From Pseudomonadota bacterium (GTDB lineage: Bacteria; Pseudomonadota; Gammaproteobacteria; Burkholderiales; Thiobacillaceae), in assembly GCA_021791095.1 (NCBI GenBank), contig JAJYXG010000072.1, positions 2,992 to 66,991 on the forward strand: a stretch of 64,000 nt of DNA. The letters are read 5' to 3'. Positions 44,253 to 52,827 of the stretch are shown here, piece after piece (the first letter of the stretch is position 1; every line of letters begins with the position of its first letter). Both the position numbers and the translations under genes were made by a program. The notes below the pieces were generated by a model that saw only the letters and a program-made list of their open reading frames with translations, did not search any database and had not been told where the DNA came from.

Positions 44253-46709
44253 TTACGCGGCGATGGTTTCGAATTCATGTTTGAGCTTGCCTTCCTTGGC
44301 GCGCTCGACCCACGGGTCGCGCTCGACCGACAGCGCGAACAGCAGGCGCTCGTACAGCGCGCGCCGGCCTTCGTTGTCGTCGAGGATTTTCTTCTTCACG
44401 TAGTCGAGGCCGACGCGCTCGAGGTAGTGCACGGTGCGGTCGAGGTACCGTGCCTCTTCGCGGTACAGCTGCAGGAAGGCGCCGGAGTATTCGAGCACCT
44501 CGTCGGGCGTCTTCACCTTGACCAGGAACTGCGCGACCTCGGTCTTGATGCCGCCGTTGCCGCCGACATAGATCTCCCAGCCGGAATCGACGCCGATGAT
44601 GCCGACGTCCTTGATCGCGACTTCGGCGCAGTTGCGCGGGCAGCCCGACACGGCGAGCTTGACCTTGTGCGGCGCCCACATCTTGAAGAACACCTTCTCG
44701 AGGTCGATCCCCATCTGCGTCGAGTCCTGGGTACCGAAGCGGCACCATTCGGAACCGACGCAGGTCTTCACCGTGCGCAGCGCCTTGCCGTAGGCGTGGC
44801 CCGAAGGCATGTCGAGGTCGGCCCACACCTTGGGCAGGTCTTCCTTTTTCACGCCGAGCAGATCGATGCGCTGGCCGCCGGTGACCTTGACCGAGGGAAT
44901 GGCGTATTTCTCGGCGACATCGGCGATGCGGCGCAATTCAGACGGCGTGGTCTGCCCGCCCCACATGCGCGGGATCACCGAGTAGGTGCCGTCGCGCTGG
45001 ATGTTGGCGTGGGCGCGCTCGTTGATGAAGCGCGACTGCGGGTCGTCCTCGGCTTCGCCCGGCCAGGTGGAGATCAGGTAGTAGTTGAGCGCCGGACGGC
45101 AGCTGGCGCAGCCGTTTGGCGTGCGCCATTCCATGAAGTCCATCACCTGCGGGATCGTCAGCAGCTTGTTCTGGCGGATCGCGTCGCGCACCGCTTCGTG
45201 GGTGTGGTCGGTACAGCCGCACATCGATTTCGTCTTCGGCGCAGCCGAATAGTCGCCGCCCGCGGTCACCGCCAGGATCTGCTCGACGAGACCCGTACAG
45301 GAGCCGCACGAGGAGGATGCCTTGGTGTGCTTGCGCACATCCTCCAGCGTGAACAGGCCCTTCTCGCGGATCGCCTTGACGATGTCGCCCTTGCACACGC
45401 CGTTGCAGCCGCACACCTCCATGTCGTCGGTCATGGTCGCGGCCTTGTTGATGCCCTGGTGGCCGAGGTTGCCGCAGTGATCCTGGCCGAACATCAGGTG
45501 GTCGCGCAGCTCGGACACGTCCTTGCCGTCGCGCAGCAGCGAGAAATACCAGGCGCCGTCGACGGTGTCTCCGTACATCACGCCGCCGACCAGCTTGTTA
45601 TCCTTGAGGACGAGCTTCTTGTAGACGCCGCCGATCGGGTCGGAATAGAGGATGGCCTCGGTGCCCTCGCCGCCGATGAAGTCGCCGGCGGAAAAGAGGT
45701 CGATGCCGGTGACCTTGAGCTTGGTCGAGGTGACCGAGCCCTGGTAGCGGCCGATGCCGTAATGCGCCAGGTGATTGGCGCACACCTTGGCCTGCTCGAA
45801 CAGCGGCGCGACCAGGCCGTAGGCGGTGCCGCGATGCGCGGCGCACTCGCCGATGGAGTAGATGCGCGGGTCGAAGGTCTGCATCGTGTCGTTGACCACG
45901 ATGCCGCGGTTGCAGTGCAGGCCGGCCGATTCGGCGAGCTCGGTATTGGGGCGGATGCCGACGGCCATCACGACCAGATCGGCCGGCGCGCTGTCGCCGT
46001 CCTTGAATTTGATCGCGGCCACTCTTCCGGACTCGCCCTTGACGAGTTCGGCGGTCTGCTTCTGCAGCAGGAACTTCATGCCTTTCGCTTCCAGGCTCCT
46101 CTGCAGCAGGCGCGCGGCGGGTTCGTCGAGCTGGCGCTCCATCAGCCACGGCCCGATGTGCACCACGGTCACGTCCATGCCGCGCTTCATCAGGCCGTTG
46201 GCGGCCTCCAGCCCCAACAGGCCGCCGCCGATGACGACCGCGTGGCGATACTGGCTGGCGGCACGGATCATCGCGTCGACGTCGGCAATGTCGCGGAAGC
46301 TGATGACGCCATCCAAATCGGCGCCCGGCACCGGCAGGATGAAAGGATTGGAGCCGGTGGCGAGCAGCAGGCGGTCGTAGCCGGCGCGGGTGCCGTCGTC
46401 GGCTTCGACCGCGCGTGCCTTGCGATCGATCTTCACCACCTTCTTGCCCAGGTGCAGGGTGATGTTGTTGTCCTGATACCAGTCGAGCGGGTTCAGCACG
46501 ATGTCGTCGACCGTCTGCTCGCCTGCCAGCACCGGGGAGAGCAGGATGCGGTTGTAGTTGGGGTGCGGCTCAGCGCCGAACACCGTGATGTCGTACAGAT
46601 CGGGCGCCAGCTTCAGCAGTTCTTCCAGCGTGCGCACCCCGGCCATGCCGTTGCCGACCATCACGAGCTTCATCTTGGGACCCTGTCCCATGGGCGTACT
46701 CATATCCAT
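44253..46709 (-). CDS. nirB: Assimilatory NAD(P)H nitrite reductase large subunit
   Basis: GNGMAG, NYNRILLS, BFD-like CGCNGVC/CGSC, HANIQ, KTCVGSEWC, SGCPRNC. The exact start is uncertain among nearby Met codons. Confidence 0.96.
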   Translation of the reverse strand: MDMSTPMGQGPKMKLVMVGNGMAGVRTLEELLKLAPDLYDITVFGAEPHPNYNRILLSPVLAGEQTVDDIVLNPLDWYQDNNITLHLGKKVVKIDRKARAVEADDGTRAGYDRLLLATGSNPFILPVPGADLDGVISFRDIADVDAMIRAASQYRHAVVIGGGLLGLEAANGLMKRGMDVTVVHIGPWLMERQLDEPAARLLQRSLEAKGMKFLLQKQTAELVKGESGRVAAIKFKDGDSAPADLVVMAVGIRPNTELAESAGLHCNRGIVVNDTMQTFDPRIYSIGECAAHRGTAYGLVAPLFEQAKVCANHLAHYGIGRYQGSVTSTKLKVTGIDLFSAGDFIGGEGTEAILYSDPIGGVYKKLVLKDNKLVGGVMYGDTVDGAWYFSLLRDGKDVSELRDHLMFGQDHCGNLGHQGINKAATMTDDMEVCGCNGVCKGDIVKAIREKGLFTLEDVRKHTKASSSCGSCTGLVEQILAVTAGGDYSAAPKTKSMCGCTDHTHEAVRDAIRQNKLLTIPQVMDFMEWRTPNGCASCRPALNYYLISTWPGEAEDDPQSRFINERAHANIQRDGTYSVIPRMWGGQTTPSELRRIADVAEKYAIPSVKVTGGQRIDLLGVKKEDLPKVWADLDMPSGHAYGKALRTVKTCVGSEWCRFGTQDSTQMGIDLEKVFFKMWAPHKVKLAVSGCPRNCAEVAIKDVGIIGVDSGWEIYVGGNGGIKTEVAQFLVKVKTPDEVLEYSGAFLQLYREEARYLDRTVHYLERVGLDYVKKKILDDNEGRRALYERLLFALSVERDPWVERAKEGKLKHEFETIAA

Positions 46710-46741
46710 TTCACCACTCCAAACGAAAGACCAAAAGTGAT

Positions 46742-46768
46742 GACCGAGATACGCCGTTGCATTCGGTC
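46742..46768 (-). promoter_or_regulatory. Single ANTAR-like hairpin in the nirB leader
   Basis: GACCGAATGC-AACGGC-GTATCTCGGTC; hexaloop with A1/G4. Confidence 0.6.
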
Positions 46769-46784
46769 TGCTTCAAGCAACATC

Positions 46785-46801
46785 TAGCAATCGCTATGCC
46801 A
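46785..46801 (-). promoter_or_regulatory. sigma54 promoter of nirBD
   Basis: TGGCATAGCGATTGCTA; NtrC-like GCACCATCACGGTGC at 46878-46892. Confidence 0.85.
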
Positions 46802-46917
46802 CCTGATCAGTACAGTGCCACTGCCTTGTTTTTACAGGCGTTCACGTCAGCTCATCCGAATGCTGCTCGCGCCTTGCGCACCATCACGGTGCCGGATCGC
46901 ACAGCGTGCACCGAAAC

Positions 46918-47883
46918 CTACGCTGCCGCCCTGCCAAACCCGTTGATCGCGGTGATGGCACGCGCCTGGTTGAGGTCATCGGTATAGCCCGCGGCATACA
47001 GGCAGACCGCGAGCTGATTGCGAATCGGCAGGGGCAGCGGCAGCTGTTCGCGCATTACCTCGTTTATCCACGCGCCGGTTGCACGCGCATCCGTCCCTGA
47101 CAGATTCGCCTGTACGGACACTGTCGATTGCGCCTCGTACACCGGCTGGCTTTGGCCGTCCTGCACCAGCACCATTTCCGGACGCTGCAGCGGATCGGCA
47201 AACGCCTCGCCTTCGCAGCCTTGCAGCAGCAAGGCATGCCCGCCCAAGGCCTCCAGAACCTCACGCGTCGGATGAATGTCCCTGTCCGACGCAACCGGGG
47301 TGACCCGCAGCGAGCGATCGCCCAGCACATCGGCCAGCGCCGCCAGCCGGGTCACCCAGCCGTCGATTCCCAGCCGCGCCCGCAAGGCCAGCAATGAAGC
47401 CAGGCCGGGGCTCAGCAACGCCACGGGCGCAAACGCGATGCCATCCTCCCGCAACTGCGCATTGACCTGTGCCACCGAGCTGCACGGCATGATGCCGAGC
47501 TCGCGCAACACGTAGGCCGCAGCCGTGCCGCCGCCGCCTTCGAGCACGCCATGGATCATCACCGGGATGCCGAAGCTTTTCAGCAACAATGCCAGCAGCG
47601 GGGTGAGATGCGGATGCTCGCGCACGCCGTGATAGGTTGGCAGCACCACCGTGCGGAAAGGGCCGGACGGCGCGGCAAACCCGGGCAACCGATCGGCCAG
47701 CGCCGCGTGCAGGCCAAGCCAGGCATCCACGCCTGGGTCGTGCTGGTTGAACGCGACCAGGAAGGCCGCCGTTTCCAGTTCCGGCACGCCGCCGTCGAGC
47801 AGCGCTGCGCCCAGCGCGCGTGCATCGACAAAGCCGAGGCCTTCGCCGGATTCGATCTGGCGGATGAGCGTTGCGTAGCTCAT
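46918..47883 (-). CDS. ybiB: YbiB-like protein (TrpD-like fold)
   Basis: VVLPTYHG.R..PHLTPLLALLL..PVMIHG, LLQGCEGEAFADP; family often found near nitrate genes. Confidence 0.75.
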   Translation of the reverse strand: MSYATLIRQIESGEGLGFVDARALGAALLDGGVPELETAAFLVAFNQHDPGVDAWLGLHAALADRLPGFAAPSGPFRTVVLPTYHGVREHPHLTPLLALLLKSFGIPVMIHGVLEGGGGTAAAYVLRELGIMPCSSVAQVNAQLREDGIAFAPVALLSPGLASLLALRARLGIDGWVTRLAALADVLGDRSLRVTPVASDRDIHPTREVLEALGGHALLLQGCEGEAFADPLQRPEMVLVQDGQSQPVYEAQSTVSVQANLSGTDARATGAWINEVMREQLPLPLPIRNQLAVCLYAAGYTDDLNQARAITAINGFGRAAA

Positions 47884-48064
47884 TTCTGTTTGTCCGCGAA
47901 GTGCGTGAAACAGCACGAAGGCAGGCCCGACAGCCGGCACAGTTCGACTTCGCCCCGGGCGCGGTCATTGCCAATGCAGGACAAAGTCCGATGAATGTGC
48001 CGCAGCAAGCGGCCCATCGAATTCCTCTTCGCGACTTTTCGGCGATGAAAAAAAGAGGCAACCA

Positions 48065-50746
48065 TCATGCCGCCACCCGATTCCCGGCGATCAGCCGCTT
48101 CAGTTCGGGCACGCACGAACCGCATTCGGTGCCGCATTTCAGCGTGGCCTGCAGCGTGGCCAGATCGGCGCCCGCTGCAATCGCCGCAATGATGTCGGGC
48201 TCGGCCACGTTCAGGCAGTTGCACACCACGCGCCCGCGCCCTGTCCCGCCAGCGGGCGGGCGCGCCACCGGCGCCACCAGCCAGGCACGCAGCGAGGCCG
48301 CGTCCAGGCCCTCGACGATGACGTCGCGCAACCAGTCGAAGGCGGCAGTCTCGCCGGTGAGCCGCGCCGCGATCACCTTGCCGCCGTCGACCCGCACGCG
48401 CTTGGAAATGCCGCGCGGACTGTCCTGGTAATGCATCACCATGAGCGGGTCATCCAGCCCCAGCACAGCGTCGAGTTCGGCCAGCAGGGTCTCCGGCAGC
48501 GGCTGCGTGTGCGCCAGGCGCAGCATCAGCACATCCTGGTCGCGCCCGGCCAGGCCGGCAGCGGCATAGTCGCAGGCGCGCAGCAGCGGCTGCACGGCGT
48601 CGAGCAGCTTGGCGCCGTCGCCCACCGCCAGCGCAACCATGCGCCACGGCAGCTCAGCCTTCGCCACCTGAACCGCGGCATGCTTGAGCTCAGGCTGCTT
48701 CGACACCGCATCGAACACCGGCAGGGTGAGCGCATTGATGCCGCGCCCGCCCATGAAGCGCGCGCCCCAGTGCATCGGCAAAAAACACTGACCGGGGCGC
48801 AGGCTGTCGCTGGCCTCGGCCACCACGACCACCTCGCCGCGGCGGCTTTTCACGCGCACCAGGTCGCCTTCCTTCAGCCGCCGCAACTCCAGGTCGCGCT
48901 GCGCCATCGACAGAACCGGCGTGTCGGCGTGTGCGAACAGGCGCGCCACGCGTCCGGTACGGCTCATTGCATGCCACTGGTCGCGCAGGCGGCCGGTGTT
49001 GAGATGCAGCGGATAGCGCGCGTCGATGGCTTCCGCCACCGGGCGGTAGGGGGCGGCGTGGAAGCGCGCGCGTCCGCTGTCGGTCGGATAGACGCCGTCG
49101 GCATACAGGCGCGCCCTGCCCGCCATCGCACCCTCGGGGAAGGGCCATTGCTGCGGGCCGGCATCGAGCAGCGCGTAGGAGAGGCCGGTGATGTCGAGGT
49201 CGCGTCCGCGCGTGGTTTCGCGATGTTCGTTGAACACGGACTCGGCACCGTCGTAGGGGAACATCCGCGCGCCTTTTCCCGGCATCAGCCGCCGCGCAAA
49301 CTCCGTCACGATGGCCCAGTCGGCGTGCGCCTCGCCCGGCGGCGGCACGGCGGCGTGGACGCGCGCGATGCGGCGCTCGGAATTGGTCATCGTGCCGTCC
49401 TGCTCACCCCAGCTGGCAGCAGGCAGCAGCACATCCGCGTAGGCTGCAGTTTCGGTGTCGGCAAAGGCCTCCTGCAGCACCACGCATTCGGCCGCCTGCA
49501 GCGCTTCGTGGACAAGATTCTGGTCGGGCAGCGACTGCGCAGGATTGGTGCAGGCGATCCAGATCGCCTTGATTTCGCCGCGCTTCACCGCCTCGAACAT
49601 TTCCACCGCGGTCCTGCCCGGCGTCGCCGGCACGGCGTCCACGCCCCACAGCCGTGCGACTTCGGCACGATGCTCGGGGTTGGTGAGGTCGCGGTGCGCC
49701 GACAGCAGGTTCGCCAGTCCGCCCACTTCGCGCCCGCCCATCGCGTTGGGCTGGCCGGTGAGCGAGAGCGGTGCGGCGCCCGGCTTGCCGATCTGCCCTG
49801 TGGCGAGATGCAGGTTGATCAGCGCGGCGTTCTTGTCGACGCCGCAACTCGACTGATTCAGGCCCTGGCAATACAAGGACAGGCTCGGCCCGGCGGCAAA
49901 CCAGCGGGCCGCCTGCACGATGTCGGCCGCCGCCACGCCGCAGATCGGGGCGACTTTCTCCGGCGTGTAATCGCGCACCAGGTCGCGCAGCGCTTCCCAG
50001 CCTTCGGTGTGCGCGGCGATGGCGTCGCGGTCGATCAGCTCTTCCCACAGCATCACGTTCAACATGGCGTGGAACAACGCCACATCGGTGCCGGGCAGGA
50101 GGGCGAGATGCAGGTCGGCTTCGGCCGCGGTGTCGGTGCGGCGCGGATCGACCACGACCAGCTTGAGAGCGGGATTGCGCTTGCGCGCATCCTCGATGCG
50201 GCGGAACAGGATCGGGTGCGCGTACGCCGTGTTCGACCCCGCGATGAAGATCGTGCCAGCGTGGTCGATGTCGTCGTAACACCCCGGCGGCGAATCGGCC
50301 CCGAGCGTCGCCTTGTAGCCCGCCACCGCGGACGACATGCACAGCCGTGAATTGGTGTCGACGTTGTTGGTGCCGATCAGCCCCTTGGCCAGCTTGTTGA
50401 AGACGTAATAGGCCTCGGTGGTGAGCTGGCCGGAGATGTAGAAGGCCACCGCATCGGGGCCGTGGTCGCGGATGACGGAACTGAATTTTTCGGCGGTGTG
50501 GTCGAGCGCCACGTCCCAGCTCACGCGCTGGCGCGGCAAGCCCTTGTCCGCCCGCATCTCGGGAAACAACGCGCGTCCAGACGCCTGTGCCGACAGATGC
50601 AGGGTCGCGCCCTTGGTGCACAGCTTGCCACGGTTGGCCGGATGCGCAGGATCGCCGCGCACGCCGGTGATCTTCCCGGCGTCGGCCTCGATCAGCACCC
50701 CGCAGCCGGTGCCGCAATAACAACAGACAGATGAAACGACAGACAT
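48065..50746 (-). CDS. nasA: Assimilatory nitrate reductase catalytic subunit
   Basis: CCYCGTGC, NNVDTNSRLCMSS, TGQPNAMGGRE, TGRLRDQWH, C-terminal CNC..CGTECGSC. Confidence 0.95.
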   Translation of the reverse strand: MSVVSSVCCYCGTGCGVLIEADAGKITGVRGDPAHPANRGKLCTKGATLHLSAQASGRALFPEMRADKGLPRQRVSWDVALDHTAEKFSSVIRDHGPDAVAFYISGQLTTEAYYVFNKLAKGLIGTNNVDTNSRLCMSSAVAGYKATLGADSPPGCYDDIDHAGTIFIAGSNTAYAHPILFRRIEDARKRNPALKLVVVDPRRTDTAAEADLHLALLPGTDVALFHAMLNVMLWEELIDRDAIAAHTEGWEALRDLVRDYTPEKVAPICGVAAADIVQAARWFAAGPSLSLYCQGLNQSSCGVDKNAALINLHLATGQIGKPGAAPLSLTGQPNAMGGREVGGLANLLSAHRDLTNPEHRAEVARLWGVDAVPATPGRTAVEMFEAVKRGEIKAIWIACTNPAQSLPDQNLVHEALQAAECVVLQEAFADTETAAYADVLLPAASWGEQDGTMTNSERRIARVHAAVPPPGEAHADWAIVTEFARRLMPGKGARMFPYDGAESVFNEHRETTRGRDLDITGLSYALLDAGPQQWPFPEGAMAGRARLYADGVYPTDSGRARFHAAPYRPVAEAIDARYPLHLNTGRLRDQWHAMSRTGRVARLFAHADTPVLSMAQRDLELRRLKEGDLVRVKSRRGEVVVVAEASDSLRPGQCFLPMHWGARFMGGRGINALTLPVFDAVSKQPELKHAAVQVAKAELPWRMVALAVGDGAKLLDAVQPLLRACDYAAAGLAGRDQDVLMLRLAHTQPLPETLLAELDAVLGLDDPLMVMHYQDSPRGISKRVRVDGGKVIAARLTGETAAFDWLRDVIVEGLDAASLRAWLVAPVARPPAGGTGRGRVVCNCLNVAEPDIIAAIAAGADLATLQATLKCGTECGSCVPELKRLIAGNRVAA

Positions 50747-50769
50747 GATGGCTCCTCGCCCAGGATGTC

Positions 50770-50785
50770 AGCAGAGTTTGTGCCA
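50770..50785 (-). promoter_or_regulatory. sigma54 promoter of nasA
   Basis: TGGCACAAACTCTGCT; NtrC-like GCACCAATTTGCGC at 50883-50896. Confidence 0.75.
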
Positions 50786-50924
50786 AGGCGGTACAGCGCT
50801 TTGATTTCAATGGGTTGGCGAGATTCTGGCTGGCGCAATGTACGCGATGCGCTCAACTGCAGTGCATGGACGGGATAGCGTGGCGCAAATTGGTGCGTTA
50901 TTTGATGGCCCGCTTTCCGGCGAG

Positions 50925-52151
50925 TTAGCTAGCCCGGTGCCCTTTTTGCTTTGGATAGCGTGCGGGTGAATGCTTTGCAAACAGTTTTAGCGCGTCTTGC
51001 CCGGTTGAATTTGGCTTCAGCTTTCGCAGGACTGCTTCTGCCCTGCTGGCGTCCAGGCGAAGCCTGCGAAAGGTAGACTTCCTTGCAAGCTTGGTCGCAC
51101 GCTGGGCATGATCGAGAAAGTCCTTCGGCAACGGGGCGTTGAGGTCCCCTAGAACGTCCGCAATGCCCTTGAACAAAACCCCAACCGATTTCCTCATCTG
51201 AGGATCCAGCATCGTGAGGTAAGTCACGTGCGGGGTGTTTCGGGCGGCGAGATTCCACCAGCCTTGCAGTCCTTCGTACCGGTGAAAGTAGCTGTCCCGG
51301 AAGGAGCGCATGGCTGAAAGCTGCCGACTGAATTTCGCTGAACTCCCGCCCAGGTAATTTGATTTACTTCCCTTTCCCGCCAGGACGGATGCCGTCGAGG
51401 TTGCGAGGCAGGGCTCGGTGAGGGCCATGGCACCATGAATCTCCCAATCCCCATGGTTTCGCCAACGTTGTGAGAAGCCAAGCGTGCCCACCCGCTGGTC
51501 GGGATGGTCGGGCGTGACGAACTGGTCCTGGTTAAACACGAAGACCTGGTTCCCTATCTGGTCGTCAGCATTGAGCCATGACCAAATGTTCGCGAAGACG
51601 CCCTGCGCCTCGCTGATGGCATCGGAGACCGCGTCGTCGATGCCTGCCGTCACGCTTGCGATGTCCTCCGGGGTGATGACGGTATGGCCGGCCCCCAGGC
51701 TCTGGAGAACTTTGTCGATTGCACTCTGAACTGCCGCGTTCAGCGCCTGGTGGCCGGCTTCCGCACCGCTGTCGGTTACGTTGTCCTCCTCCATGAGAAC
51801 AACAACGACGCCGAAGAAGCCGGGGAGATCCTCCTGCCCAAGCAAAGGCTGGATGGCGGGCGCCACCGGGATCGGGATCACTGAATCGCTGAACGATCCC
51901 AGTACGGACGGGATGAAGACGGTATCGCCGGCATCCACGTCATCACGATTCAGGTTGCCATGGCTTCCCTGTGTGGGAATGATCACCGCGGACCCCTCGA
52001 TCTTCCCGGCATCGGAGACCATCAGTGAAGAGCCATCGCACTTGAAGAAGATTGTCCAGAGGTAGGGCTCGGCATCCCCGATCCCATCCCCCTCGTCGTG
52101 GCAGTTCAGGGGGTTCAGGTTAATCAGCCATCGCATCAGTGGGCGAGCCAT
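50925..52151 (-). CDS. Hypothetical protein: acidic N-domain plus basic, CFI-box-CTERM-like C-domain
   Basis: 408-aa ORF with GC below the flanking genes; CHDEGDGIGDAEPYLWTIFFK; CLATSTA...MRSFRDSY..GWW...NTP. Confidence 0.75.
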   Translation of the reverse strand: MARPLMRWLINLNPLNCHDEGDGIGDAEPYLWTIFFKCDGSSLMVSDAGKIEGSAVIIPTQGSHGNLNRDDVDAGDTVFIPSVLGSFSDSVIPIPVAPAIQPLLGQEDLPGFFGVVVVLMEEDNVTDSGAEAGHQALNAAVQSAIDKVLQSLGAGHTVITPEDIASVTAGIDDAVSDAISEAQGVFANIWSWLNADDQIGNQVFVFNQDQFVTPDHPDQRVGTLGFSQRWRNHGDWEIHGAMALTEPCLATSTASVLAGKGSKSNYLGGSSAKFSRQLSAMRSFRDSYFHRYEGLQGWWNLAARNTPHVTYLTMLDPQMRKSVGVLFKGIADVLGDLNAPLPKDFLDHAQRATKLARKSTFRRLRLDASRAEAVLRKLKPNSTGQDALKLFAKHSPARYPKQKGHRAS

Positions 52152-52275
52152 GACATCGGTCCCTTCTTAACATTCCGGGCTGCGGTCGGGGCCAAGGAGC
52201 GAACCGAGCCACCAGCCAGCGTAACTTCGCACGCGTCCCTATCAGAGCGGGAGCGCCTAAACGCCTGCACGTAAC

Positions 52276-52638
52276 TCAGAACCTTCGAGTGGCCACAATC
52301 CGACAATAAAAAAACCCGCATTCTAGGCAGAACTTCCACTTCCCGATCCTGACGCATTTAATGACCAGTCCGACTGCGTCGGCCTGTCCCGGCCTCACGA
52401 ACACCACGGATTCACTGCCGCGTTTGCGAGGCGAATCGGCATGTTCGGCCTCCCAGGTGACCTCTTCTCCACGAAGCGACTCGGGAATCTTGAGCTTGAG
52501 TTTCTTTGCGTAGCGGAGCACGTCGTCGCCCTGGCGCAGCTTCTGCTCATCCAAGGCCGGTAGCAGGGCATGAAGAAAGCCTTCCAACTCGTGTGCGTCC
52601 TCCAATACCCGGTCCAGCTTGTTTTTTGCCGCTGCCAT
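52276..52638 (-). CDS. Hypothetical 120-aa protein with Cys-rich cationic C-terminus
   Basis: AGGAG RBS before ATG 52638; ends CVRIGKWKFCLECGFFYCRIVATRRF. Confidence 0.75.
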   Translation of the reverse strand: MAAAKNKLDRVLEDAHELEGFLHALLPALDEQKLRQGDDVLRYAKKLKLKIPESLRGEEVTWEAEHADSPRKRGSESVVFVRPGQADAVGLVIKCVRIGKWKFCLECGFFYCRIVATRRF

Positions 52639-52827
52639 GGTCTTCTCCTGGGATGTCAGAACAACTGCAAATGAGGCCCGACAAAGCCGGACCCCCACCA
52701 ACCCGCACCCGCTGAAATCACCCTAGGACATGTGTTTTAAGGTTGATATACAACTTTAGTTGTAGGCGGGGATGCTTTGGCGCTTTAACCAAGGCACCGG
52801 CCCGTGGGTAGAGCAGCCACACGTGCG

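Noticed and set aside
43995-46787. 930-aa + strand ORF (also 35782-38589 -, 19051-21240 +, 53059-55551 +, 48431-50350 +)
   Set aside because: These are antisense shadows of well-supported genes, expected with high-GC codon bias, and carry no motifs.
50850-50931. attC-like site after the 408-aa gene (GCTAAC...GTTGAGC on the - strand)
   Set aside because: The ends are not complementary, there is no internal hairpin, and the region is better explained as the nasA NtrC site.
52741-52751. GGTTGATATAC shared with 61534-61544
   Set aside because: An 11-mer match is expected by chance in 64 kb, and the flanking symmetry differs.
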